Shown here: piece by piece, positions 49,501 through 61,578 of the stretch
Position numbering within the stretch: position 1 is the stretch's first letter
Layout of the letters: each line of letters starts with the position of its first letter
Origin: Leptogorgia sarmentosa
Taxonomy: Eukaryota
Assembly (NCBI GenBank): GCA_964658305.1
Contig: OZ210885.1
Location: 7,192,001 to 7,256,000 of the forward strand
DNA: 64,000 nt
Reading direction: 5' to 3'
Program-made: the position numbers and the translations under genes
The notes under the pieces: generated by a model
What the model saw: only the letters and a program-made list of their open reading frames with translations
Database searches by the model: none
What the model was told of the DNA's origin: nothing

Positions 49501-52500
49501 GCTTCTTTATACTCCTGTAATAAACAAATAACTTAACAGTTGCTCGTTTGTACCGTTATTATTTAATCCTTGTGATCGCTAGGCTCACGATCGTATAAGC
49601 TAAGATCGTATTTAGCGATCCATCACAATTAGTGAATAAAAATTGTATACACTCGCCCACCGTGAAGTAGCCAATCTCTATGTACTCTCTTCCCGTCTTA
49701 GAGAGTCCCCAAATCTCATAAAACATTTCCCTTTCGTTAATGATGCAAATAGAGATTCGCAAATAATAAAATTTGAACAAACGAGCCAACTGCGCATGAA
49801 GTAATTTGTTTATTATATGGATACAAGGAAGAGTGTAGAGATACGGAATATTTGATACACACAGACGACAATGACAAACAAAACACGAGCGAAACATCAA
49901 AATATAAAATATAAAATATCTTACTACATGAAACTAGTTGAAATTTTGTAATTACGATTGGTTATAAGAATACCAAAGGAATTCTTTTCATTACATGCAA
50001 TTATCTCAGGGAATACAAATCAAAAGGCATTTAACGTAGGCCTAATGGACCGATTGCATAATAGACAAAATTTTTAAAAAGTTTGAAATAGTACAATTCA
50101 TAACAATAGCGTGAAAGAGCATCCCAAAATTAGTAAAATGGCAAAGTTTGGGTGCGAAATGTTGTAAAATACGGAAAATATAACCGTGCGAAATTGGCAA
50201 ATTTGTATACATTTGTATTACGTGCGAAATGAAGTAACTAATTTAGTTAGCAATTCACGCACGTAATACAAAAGTATACACATTTCCCCTACTTTGCACG
50301 GTTATATTTCCCGTATTTTACAACATTTTGCACCCAAACTTTGCAATTTTAGTAATTTTGGGATGCTCTTTCACGCTATTGTTATGAATTGTACTATTTC
50401 GAACTTTTTATGAATTTTGCCTATTATGCAATTGGTCCATTAATCTACGAAAGACTGCTATCCATTCAACTGTATTTAACCGCCGGTTTTCTGTCTTCAT
50501 ATCAGTGCAGAGCGTTGCAGATAAGAACGTTTCTCATTAACTATTCCGATTTGCTAATTATACACGAGTATCTACAAGATTTGAATTTCCAGGTAAATTT
50601 GTTCTACGTAAAAATAGTAGTTTTTGAACATGGTACAGTACTTGAAGCACAAAAATTAACAAGGTTGAGGCTAGGTTAATATGAATTTAGTAAAATGAAA
50701 ATGAATTTAGTGAAATGAAATGAAAACGAGATGGTCCGCAACTTATTTATAAGAAAGCTGACCCAAATAGACAATTTGAACTATACCTGTGACAGAAAAG
50801 CACTGTGTGTGAAGATCCCAAACTTTGAAAGTTCCATCTTTAGATGCGCAAACGCATCTAGACTCATCACGAGTGATTGTAATATATGTGACGTCATTTA
50901 AATGATCAGAGAGACTATTTTGTCCCATGTACGCAGCAGTTCCCAGGTTCCAAACCCTGATACTTCCATCCTCTGACGCTGTCAATACCTTCATTTCTTT
51001 GGGAATTATTGCAACACCGCTGAAATATTACAAGTTAATTGATTGTTTATTTCTAATAATAATTTTTTCTACCGAAAAAAGGCAAAGACGATCTCTGTCA
51101 GACTATTGATTGTTTAAGAAACCCATATTATTAAAATATGCTGTATAATTTATTCATACATGATCAGGGAAATATGTCCTATTCATCGAATGTTAATGCA
51201 AATGAAAACTACATCTATGGTCACTTTATCTTTAGCAAAAATCGTTATATTACTATGTCGACAACAATTAAGAAGATAGATAGATAGACAAAAACTTTAT
51301 TTACACAAGGTAGTCCCGTCAGTAATAAAAATTGCTGTTATCAATGGGAGCCCTATAGACATATTATGGAGTTCAGTACTGTACGTTGATATCAACGAAA
51401 GCAACAACACAAGGTAAGTAATGATAGATGTACAACAGGTAAAATAATGTTGCATTGGATGTCATACGCTCCTGACTAAATTTTAGTCTAAGCAAGGTGA
51501 ACAAAATCTTTCACCAATTAGTAATACTGCAAAATTCAATCGCAAAAGGTTGCAAAGTACGGTAAATACAGTCCTTCAAAGTTGACAAATTTGTATACAT
51601 TTTATATTTGCGTGAATTAGTAACTACTTTAATTATCAGTTTCAGCGCCTGTCAATCTGCAACGTCGCACGGCTATATTTTCCGTATTCAGCATTTTCTG
51701 TATTCAACACCTCGGAAGCGGGCGAGCAAGTGGATGATGAAAATTAATTTCATGGAGTTCATGCTCGCTATCTTTTCAAGTAATCAAAAACCGATTTCAA
51801 GAGCCAGTACGTCTTAGTCTGACTGGGAAATATTGTATTAAATGTATACATACGTACACAATGGATAAGACAGAATATGGAGCGCTTTAAGCTTAATGTT
51901 ATAGATAGTGGGTCTTCGCTGTTGCCTTGTCATATAACGATGCTTTCGAGAAAATAGCGGTAAATTAAATAGTTCCTAGAGTGAACCCACCTGATCTCCA
52001 TGGTATGACCTTCATAACAGGAAAGAGACTTTCCAGTGTGGAAACACCACAAATTCACACTTCCTTCAAGTTCTCCAGAGATAATATACTTTTTATCACC
52101 GCTAACAGCAATACTGGTAACATAAGATTGAAGAACGTCAAGGGTACGAATTTCCTGATACGTTTTCAAATCCCAAATTTTTATTGTCCCATCGTGTGAA
52201 GCAGACACAAGCATTGGATTGTCTTTTCCTGAATCTAAACGAGAAACTTCGCACTTTAGTCGAACTGGCACAAAAAAACAAGGGAAAGCAAAGTACATGA
52301 TATCCCAAATATATTCAATAACTCGATCGTTGGTAGGAGAGATTTTCATATATGCACTCTGCAAGTCCAGGCAATGGATTGTGCAGTCGTCCATATACAG
52401 AAAGTTTATTTTGTTAATACCGTTAGGATATTGAAGAGAAATTTACGCAAAAAAGAAATTCCAATGTGTCAGGATAAACTTGAAATACTCAAAATATGGC

Positions 52501-55500
52501 CGAACCGTCTGGCGCGTACAGCAGTTATGATCACGAATGAATTGTGCAAAGTAACATCATATTCTTCTAGTTAGTTTTGCATATTATGTTAAAGCTCATG
52601 ACCTCTGCAAGGAGGTTATGTAATCATCTTGGTTTGTCTGTGTGTATGCGTGTGTATGTGTGTTGGTCTGTGAACACGATAACTTGAGAAATATCGAACA
52701 TCTTGCACAATTGTTTGCCATTGCACAAGGAAGAGGTGATTACATTTTGGTTCAATTCGGCTGAGAATCAAGTAACACATTTATGAAAAAAAACTTGCGT
52801 TGTTTTATTTTTTAAATATGAATGCGTAATGAAGTTAATTGATATTCTGGATGTGTTGTGTGAATTAGTATATTTACGGTACCAAATTTGGGTGAAAATT
52901 TTTTAAGCCCCAACATCTACATAGTCTCCTCTTCAGATAAGCGCCCACCTGAAACCAGGCAAACATAAATAATCCGCCAAGGGGCTAAATAGAGGAAATA
53001 CGGTAGTCTTTCTTGAAGCTGCTCGAATAGTTAATTTCGCAATACGTGTTTAATTGGATTTTATACAAAATAAACTTCCTTCTCGTTTATTAAAAATACA
53101 TAGGAAATACAGTACGCAGTCTTAATCAACGTTTAATTTGGGCCGCAAAGTTCTAAAAGTTTGTTGAAGTTATTTCAAAATTTTATGATAATATAAGTGT
53201 TAAGACTAAGTTTAACTTCTGAAAAGTCTAAAAAGTATTTTCCTGAGGAAATATTCGAGTACCCAAATTTATAATTGCTATTTCTACTTATATCCATACT
53301 ATGTACTGTAACAGGGCCTATTCTAAGAAAATTTCAATACTGCACTCTTCAGACCAAATATCATCAATTACCGTGACGTTATCTTGTGACGACATGTTTT
53401 AAACGTTTAAGTTACATGAATTATAATTTATAAAGGCGAAATAGAACGCCAAACGGTTAGCACGAAGTACTATGACTTTTTGGAGACTGAATATTGGATT
53501 TGGTGGAAACTTGCCAGCTTTGGTATTTCGCCAAATTTTGTTGCATGTGGCTCTGTCAATTTTTTTTGCAAAGTCATTTTAGAAATCTGAACTTTCTAGA
53601 AACATTGTTCTCTCAGAACATTTCAAATATAAAATTAAACTTTTAATCTCAAATTTCAATACTACACACTTTTGCATTCAATACTGCACACTTTTTATTC
53701 AATACTGCACGAAGTGTGCAATACTGTACACTAAAATAGGCCCTGTACTGTAAAGTTACTGAAAAGTCTAATGAAAGATCGTAAGAACTCTGCGACGGTG
53801 CAATTACTCAAAACCAGAGTGTAACAGTTCTGAACAGTACGTACACTGTAGCACGTACCGCAATGGGAAATTTTCATTGCTGCATTACATCATTATTAGT
53901 TTGCACATGTATTCATACTTATGTTTGGGAACATAACTGTGTTTAACTGCTCTTAACTGTTGCCTAACTGCTCTTTCATGTCAATGAGTAGCTGTGATAA
54001 TTGACTGATTAAATTCAATTATTATCACATTTATTCAAGCAACTAACCTACCAAGTTCTAACAGTACAGCACAATGTTTGTCACAACAATTATAAAACAG
54101 GTCAAACTATATAAATTTTGTCTGTTGGAATAAGAGGGTCTGAAGTCAACAAGGAACAAGATAAGTCAGACGACACCTGGCTATATATCTTGGCAATGGA
54201 CAGTATATCTAAAACAGTATTACTTTACAAACAACATTCATGTTGGCTTACATTTGTTACTCTATCTATATTTTTTCATAAGTTAAAAACAAATGGTATA
54301 AAATGCTGTCATATTCTGTTGTCAGCTTGTAATTCAATTCATTCTCCTGTAATTGAATTCTATTATATATTGTAGTTCAATTCGATACGTGTGCATTAAG
54401 GGACCGTTCATTATTTATGCCTCGGGGTGGCACCGAAGAGAAAATAAAAAATGCTAATTTTTTTTATTTGCCCAACCTTTTTTTTGGCTATTTTTTTTTT
54501 TACCCAACCCTTCCTATATAGGTCTTTTGAAATGATTATCGTAACTTTTTAGTATTAACTATTTTGATAAATTTTATGTAACCGTTCAGTTGGTATATAG
54601 AATGCTTATGAAGCACCATACAGTACCAAAATTAATGGATGTTTATGAATTTGTTTGAAGATCAAGCAATACTACAAAATAAATATCAATAATCAATACA
54701 CTTTATATACATACCACAGGGCAAAGGATATCTACTCTGTGACCGATGCCGCTCTTGCAAGTTTTCATATTGGGCCAAACCAATCACCAGCGGGATAATT
54801 TGACTTACATCTTCAGGTTATGTATTGTAATTGAATCAGAGAACTAATTTACCCGAAGACGTGAGTTAAAATAACCTGCTGGTGATTGGTTAGGCTTCGT
54901 TTGAAAACATAAAAAATATGTAAAGGTGGCCTCGGTTTGCCTGTTCCAGCTGTAATACAAAGTAGACACTCCTTGAAAGACACTTACTTTATTTAACCCA
55001 CCCTTTCAGAGCAACTCCAATTTTTCTTTACCCACCCTTTGTGTAGGTGAAAAAATCGGTTACCCACCCATTTTCTCTTCGGTGCCACCCCGAGGCATAA
55101 ATAATGAACGGTCCCTAATTACATACATGTGAAACGGCTAGAATTGTTCTTGGTTGATGTATCCCTATGAAATGCATTTCAGTAAGAGCAGTGGCGTAAG
55201 ATGGTGGGGCGCTTTCACCTCCAACTTTCATGGTTATAAGTGCCATTTTAAAAAAGAAATTGACCTTCTTTCATGCCTAGGAGTTGTACAGCTTTCTGAT
55301 AGACATGAGAATTTGCCCAAATGTACTAAAATATTTTGTAGGATTCCATCATTCACTAGCTTTTAAATGTTTTTTTTCAAGATGCCGTCTTACTGATTGC
55401 AAGTTGCAAATACAGGAATAAGGGGCTGTTTACATGAGCCCGGTTTGCCGGGCTGGCCCGCTTCAACGATGCGCCTGGCTTTATACTAATTTCTTATTAA

Positions 55501-58500
55501 AAACAATTCGACTTTAGCTACATGCAAACCGGGCTAGCCCGCTTAGGTGGGATCTCACTTGACTCAAACGGGGCGCTCGGTCAACCGGGATGAATTTTTT
55601 CCATGTAAAGCCATCAGCCCGGGTAGCTTTTTTAGTATAGTTCTAGGTTTTAATCTTGTGTGCTAATATATCGTTTAGTTATTTGATATATAAATCTAGG
55701 GATTAATGGTGATGATTAATGGTGATGCCTCTTTAAAAAACCCTAAGGCTCCGTCAAATCGCAAGAGACCGCCGTGAAACTTCACACAGTGATTCTAAGG
55801 AATATTCCCCATCGACTGACGGAGTTAGATTTTTGAGTTTTTGATTTTGAACAAATTTACAAACGATTTTAAACTGTGCCGTACCGCCCCGTACTAATCG
55901 CAATTCACAATATTCAAAATTAGTTGCATAACTAAAGCAGGTTAAACCCACTAAGGGCTCCGTCAGTTCGTATCACATCGCGACAATATTTTGCACAATT
56001 ATTATCAGGGATATTCTCCATCGACTGACCAAGTTAGATTTATGATGTTCTAATCTGTAGGAGATTTAAAAGCAATTTTAGATTGTGGCATAGAGTGCAA
56101 AATATAATCTTCATATCATAAAGATCTCAATATTCATAGATCTCATTTTGACCTGCGTGCATTACTGAAAAAGATCAAAATAGGTCAAAATGAGATCGTG
56201 CCATTTGCTTTGTTTCAGGACCAGTTCCTGGTCCAATAGTACAATCGTACTTGTGGTGCAATAATTGGGAAAAATTATTATTCGCCTCAAATCCTTGCTT
56301 TACTGAACCATTGTGTTTTTAAAGGAAGTTTATAATAAAGTTTATAATAAAGAATATGTTTTATCCGAAAGAAATAACAAATATAATTATGGAGAAACTG
56401 TATTAAAGTAAGATCTTCAAAACGTTATGAAATATTAACTCATACAGTATTGCATACCTGTTGCGACAACACATCTCACCCAATCTGTATGACCAACCAA
56501 ACTGGCCTCAAAATTTAGCGTATCGGCTTTCCTCAACTTGATAGTCTTGTCAGGATATGATCCAACAGTAGCAATGAACTGTCCATCTTTGGTCGTACAC
56601 AGTGACATGACTCCCTCAGGAATACTTGTTGAGAGGTTTTCTCCGGTAGATACACAACACACTTTCAGCCCTACAACGCATGATGGATACTCGTCAGACT
56701 GATGTTTCAATAATGTCTAACCCTAGACGATTTTTTGAAATCTTGTTTTTAATTGTGTCCCTCTCCGGTGCTGAACATGCTCTGGCTGTTGCTGGCTTAT
56801 GTTTTTACACTGCGTTTCACTGCGCTCTACACGACGTTTACAGTTAACCGCTGGTTTGAAGATACGCAGTCGCTGGAATCCTCAAACCAGCTGTTGCAAT
56901 TATTGTTTGAATATGAACAATTTGTACTTTTGGCGAAGGTTGAGAGGTGCTACTAAAACAAACGTATCTGGTTTTCCCAGGAAATCATTTTACTACAGCT
57001 ACGTTGTAAAACTGCTTTTCCTGGCATCAAACACAAAAAGAATTAGTGAACATGGTGCAATCACACGATACGATGCCAGTTTGTAAATTTCTTAAACCCA
57101 CCCTCTACCATAGCCACATTGTTGTCAAATTGTATGCATTGTACAGGGCATCCATACCAGTGGTACTGTTGGTAAAACCTGATTACAGATCGCGAAAGTT
57201 ACAACCGTGAAGCAAGGGCCATGGATGGCAGTTGGGCTTCGCTTCAAAATAATGAAAATATACTTTGTTTTCAAATGTAGTTGATTATGTACAACAGGTT
57301 TCAGGTATTGAAATGTATGACGGATTACAAACGAGCTCTCTTTCTCTCCAACACGTTTCCGGAAGTTGAAATACAAGAAGTTTAATTCTTGCTTTTTTTT
57401 CATGGAGTATATACCGCACGAAATAAAGACAAACACCATTGAAATCCTAATAAAATGATCTTTCGAACGGTGGGTCGTATGCTAGTTAAAACACAACACA
57501 CAAAAAAAATAAAGAGTCCAATATGTTGAAATCCATGTCCTTATTTCGCCTTGAAGCCGCATAGTCATGAAACCTGTGTTATGTTCTTTTTCTATATTTA
57601 TGTTCTATGTTTTTTTCCATATTTCGTGCTGTTTGCACATATAATAACATTTCTACAAGCTTTTTGGTAATTGTCGGAAATTTCCGCACGCGCACGGCAT
57701 TTACTAAAACAGGGTAAATCAGGTTGCGCAATAGTCTGAAACACGTGGAAAACATGCGTTTGATTACGTAGGGTGCGTTATTCTTATGTTTTTCAGTCTT
57801 GGATAAACTCACTTCTGGTTTATTCGCACGTGACATAAAAAACACGACAGGTGTCCCAGGAATTCCGCCCCCCCCATAATTTCCACCCCCCCCCTCACCC
57901 CCCGGGGGGAGAAATTCCTAGGAAATTTCCCCCCTCTAGAAACTTTCCTTAAGGAAGACCTTTTTACCTATACCCTTGTAAAAAGGTAGAAATATAAACG
58001 TTTCTACGGCGATTTCATTGGTATTACTCTGACAAACTGAATATCAGTGGTTGCAGAGCTATGATCGAACTAAAGGTCGAAAATATGCATCTAATTAGTA
58101 TTCTAGGTCACATTTTGCTGCGAATCCTGCGATGTATATTTCAATGGCTTTAAGTCAATACATTTTCCTTGTTTTGCAATTTATATATATGAACATTGCT
58201 TAGATATATAGAGTTTTTTACGCTGAATAAAAAGAGTGTATTTTTGTCGTTGTTGGGTGCGTAAAACCAGAGATACGGCAGCCAATTATAGTCATAGGAC
58301 GAATTATATTCGACCTAAATTAATATGGCTTTGGAGAGAAAGAGTACTTTTCGTAAGAAATTGAGTGGGAGTCAATCTAAAATGTATTAACGATTATGCT
58401 GCACGAAACTGAGGAAATGCTTCCGAATTTCACATATTGGCTACGAAGCACAAGTTGAATACATACAGTGAATATTTAACTTACTCTGATGACTGCGTCG

Positions 58501-61500
58501 CTATTTAGAGTTGACTCCCACTCAAATATGGAACGTTACTGTGAAACCCATGAATTGAAAACGATATGCATCAATTTGCTTAAACGTTCTTGTATTAAAA
58601 TGTGAAGCCAAATTTGTTAGTAAGCAGCGATGTAGCTAATGTGCACAGTGGGGTAACTACTAGGGGTCCAACCTGGCCGGGGGCCCTGGGAAGAGGTTTC
58701 ATCAGGGCCGTGGCTAATGTGAAATTCAAATAATTTTTATTGAAACTGAAGATGCAAAAACGTTCGAAGTTAACAAAATGTTTGATATCATTCAGTAGCT
58801 GATACAATTTTGTTGCCTTTTAAATTGTGCTTGGACGTTGACAGTATATTAATTGTTGTATATTACAGTCGAACTTTTACTGTTGTCATAGGAACTTATT
58901 TTAGTGTGCTTCTTTTTACGGAACGTTATTGCTGTGTTCACATGGGTATAATTGATGCAGTTGAGATGTTAAATAGCTATAATATGTTCTATAAGAAACA
59001 GCAAAATTCAAATGCAAATAATATGCAGAATTCAGGACAATATTTCGTAGAGTTAGCATAGTAAAAATGTGAAGCTAAGAGGTATAATAAAGAGGCCATC
59101 CACAACAGTTCAACCGAGTGCCGACGGAAGATTTACGAAAATCCAACATTGAATTTGGTACCGGCGGGGTAACATACTGTATTTCCGAAAGTATGATCAT
59201 TTTCGGAGTTATTTGACAAACATAATATGAAAAGGATTTATTTTTTTCTTTAATGGCATCGTCGCTGACGTTCGTTCAGAACCGTTAAATCCGTACAAGT
59301 CTTATTTCTTATCGAAACTCGCGCACTTTAATACTAACTTTTAAGCAGAGCGAAAGTCGAGAAAACGTTTATGCTGATTTTCGTTTACCTATTCTGAACA
59401 ATATTTTTATGTCTTTGTTTGATTTGTGTTTAAGATGCTTACCATCGTCTGTTCCAATAAATACTCGCTGATCGTCTGCACTGAAATCCAGGGCATTAAC
59501 TTCATTCTCCCCTTGGAACACAAAAAGCTGTTCATAACTGTCCATTCTCCAAAGTATTGTACTTCGATCCCACGACCCTGACGCTAGTATTGTTCCACTT
59601 TGTGACACAGCCAAACAGCTAACGCGCAGAGAATGTCCCAGTAGTTGTTGAACTTCTCTCCCTGTTTATAAAATAAGATAGCACGTACATAAAAGGGGGT
59701 AATAGATCATTTTTACTCATATCGTTACTACACTGGCAGAATTGTTCAAAAAAATTGCGGCGATAAAATAAATGATTAAGACAAGTAACTACATTAACTA
59801 ACCCATCACTACACTCTGTTTACATCGCTAACTTTCATTTTTACTATTACGTCCCTATATCAACTTAAACAGCAATGTAAGCGATAGACAAACACCGAAA
59901 CGATCTTTAATACTAAAAACAAAATAACTGTAATTTTGCGGAATTTACTGTGGCGTGTTTCACAGGCGTGTGTTTTCATTCGTTACTTCTTGGGATTTCA
60001 TAAAAGTATGCCCTCATCTTTGTTGTGCAAGTCCACAGATCGTCTTCGCTTACCATAACAAAAGGTTTATTTGAAGATGCCGCCATTTTGGTGTATTTCG
60101 ACAACATATATCGCATTTACCTGACGTCGAGAATCGGGGGTAAATAAACTGCGATAACTGTCCGAAAAGCGTTTTGAAGGATAGGGGGCACATATTCATA
60201 TATTCGTGTTCACATACCATAAAAACAATGGATTTCAAAAGAAATTAATAACACAGAACATGAATATATGAATATGCCCCCCCCCCCCCAATTATCGTTC
60301 TGGCTACGCCACTGCCAGCAACTCTTGAACAAAGAAGCGACGGCAGAATTAATAACTAGGGTAAGTGGTAAGTGAAGATTCAAGACTGTGAAGCCTAATT
60401 AAAATAGGCGACGTATGCTAAATTTAAATTTATATTTCATTGCTTTTATTTAATATTCATCTGTAATGATATATTGTCAATTTTGATATCAATATATTGA
60501 TATCAGTATATAATTAGTGTTTCCACATTACTGTGTCCACATTCTCATTTTTAATATTTAGATTTGTACATACTTAAGCTGCGGCAGAATAAATTGATTC
60601 GATTTGACATGGAAAATAGTCATAATTCATAGCAAGTTCATTTACCTTGTCTGTATGCTTAATATTAGTTAACGTTATGAAATTTCATCAACGTTTGCTT
60701 ATACGGTATTAAACATTCATGTAAATCGTTGCGTTGAAGGTATTTCATTTTGTTTTTCAAACCAGCGCAGGACGTGGAAAAAGTTGGAGGGTACAATTGT
60801 AGAAACTGCCTAAAATTAAGATACTGATCGAACATCCAAAATTCTACTCGCGGTATGACAACGATTGTTTTCTAGTTGTCCATTCTTTCCTTACTTCATT
60901 CATTATGTAAGATCTAACATCATATCAACTGTGATCATACTCAACGTCAACAAAATCAACAAGATTTTCTCTGTGACTACACAGGCTGTTTAAAAAACCT
61001 GAACAAATTTTAAAAAGCTCTTAACTTCGCGAATGGATTCGGAGTGAGAAGTTATTGATTAGTATACATTGTTTGGGTATATACTTATAATAATGTAGAC
61101 TGAATAAACAAAAAGATGTTGAAATTTAAATTTTGAAAATCGAGGGATATGTGCATGTCTTTTCCAACAAAAAATGTCGTTCATTTGAGAAGACGGAAAC
61201 TTTGTCGAGTTATGTATGCTTCTGAAAGTTTCAAGAACACTGGTTGAGTTTAAGCCCTCTAAAACGTCGCACAAACTACTTACGTTTTTTAGAATAATTA
61301 ACTTTTCGCATGCTTAATTTAGGCTTGCATACCTGTCTCTTCGTCTAAGACGCTGATTGAACCATTCTCTAAACCACAAATGGCTAGAGTACAGCCTGCA
61401 AAATTGGTCGTGGCTAATGAGGATATGGCCGTATCAAACGTCTTTCGCGAAATCTCAGAGCCTCCGAGATCCAGACACGAAGATTCCGGTAAAAGATTGC

Positions 61501-61578
61501 AGGTCTTCGTGCATGTTTCACGGAGTTGCTCTGATATCTTCTGTATCCACGGATACTCTTGATACGATAGCAGTCTAC
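37200..61578 (-). CDS. Large WD40-repeat protein, probably the C-terminal part of an NWD-like NACHT-WD40 protein; 10 exons, ~950 aa in window, 5' end beyond the window
   Basis: Exons 61578-61333, 59661-59443, 56670-56458, 52264-51991, 51019-50787, 47886-47786, 44713-44305, 42667-42066, 40515-40266, 37513-37200; all GT-AG and phase-compatible (2861 nt, one open frame). Many GH...WD repeats; the first exon GRLL...LLPESSCLDLGG resembles the helical-to-propeller junction of NWD-type proteins. Confidence 0.85.
37627..37795. repeat. Palindromic MITE-like repeat; partial second copy at 39041-39155
   Basis: GCGCGGGTAGTTTTGACAC...GTGTCAAAACTTCCCGCGC core; about 115 bp repeated 1.36 kb downstream. Confidence 0.7.
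40266..40515 (-). CDS. WD40 gene exon
   Basis: Phase 0 to 1, matching both neighbours; GTAATT donor. Confidence 0.7.
42066..42667 (-). CDS. WD40 gene exon
   Basis: GHPDDSIVTAIDITSNGKFALSGSSSG...AHEDAISQV...FASGSIGGSVKLWKV; phase 1 to 0. Confidence 0.88.
42895..43109. mobile_element. PIF/Harbinger-like MITE
   Basis: GGCCGTTTTCCATTACAGTCG...CGACTGCAATGGAAAACGGCC TIRs; right flank TAA. Confidence 0.7.
44305..44713 (-). CDS. WD40 gene exon
   Basis: VWNLSDG...VRFSSDGLQVVIGCKDNHVFIWDW; phase 0 to 1. Confidence 0.88.
47786..47886 (-). CDS. WD40 gene small exon (not in the ORF track)
   Basis: GDFKWAKHVAVSADDRYVVSLSKD...SSIK joins VWNL of the next exon; phase 1 to 0. Confidence 0.8.
48248..48717. 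mobile_element. hAT-type MITE
   Basis: TIR CATGGGCGTACGGGCC; perfect TSD TTGCCATT. Confidence 0.9.
49423..49910. repeat. Inverted repeat with ~130-bp diverged arms
   Basis: GTATCAAATATTCCGTATCTCTACAC at left versus GTGTAGAGATACGGAATATTTGATAC at right. Confidence 0.7.
50043..50442. mobile_element. 400-bp foldback element
   Basis: About 185-bp inverted arms TAATGGACCGATTGCATAATAG...CTATTATGCAATTGGTCCATTA; degenerate relative at about 51510-51710. Confidence 0.85.
50787..51019 (-). CDS. WD40 gene exon
   Basis: VLTASEDGSIRVWNL...DHLNDVTYI...ASKDGTFKVWDL; phase 2 to 1. Confidence 0.9.
51991..52264 (-). CDS. WD40 gene exon
   Basis: LVSASHDGTIKIWDL...YEGHTMEI; phase 1 to 2. Confidence 0.88.
53312..53745. 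mobile_element. hAT-type MITE
   Basis: TIR CAGGGCCTATT; perfect TSD TACTGTAA; subterminal CAATACTGCAC repeats. Confidence 0.9.
54400..55115. mobile_element. PIF/Harbinger-like non-autonomous element
   Basis: Perfect 46-bp TIR GGGACCGTTCATTATTTATGCCTCGGGGTGGCACCGAAGAGAAAAT; TAA TSD on both sides. Confidence 0.9.
56458..56670 (-). CDS. WD40 gene exon
   Basis: GLKVC...TKDGQFIATVGSYPDKTIKL...LVGHTDWVRCV; phase 1-1. Confidence 0.82.
59443..59661 (-). CDS. WD40 gene exon
   Basis: LLGHSLRVSCLAVSQSGTILASGSWDRSTILW; phase 1-1. Confidence 0.9.
60184..60314. mobile_element. Partial hAT MITE related to family A
   Basis: Similar body (ATATTCGTGTTC...GATTTCAAAAGAAAT...GAATATG); right end reads CAGTGGCGTAGC on the minus strand. 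Another relic lies at 28315-28440. Confidence 0.65.
61333..61578 (-). CDS. WD40 gene, most 5' exon found in the window
   Basis: GRLLSY...LLPESSCLDLGG...LAICGLENGSISVLD; phase 1-1. Confidence 0.8.

Noticed and set aside
56671..56722. Longer 5' boundary for the WD40 exon
   Set aside because: Acceptors at 56723 or 56717 give a stop or a phase clash; the acceptor at 56671 joins GTDD-G-LKV correctly.
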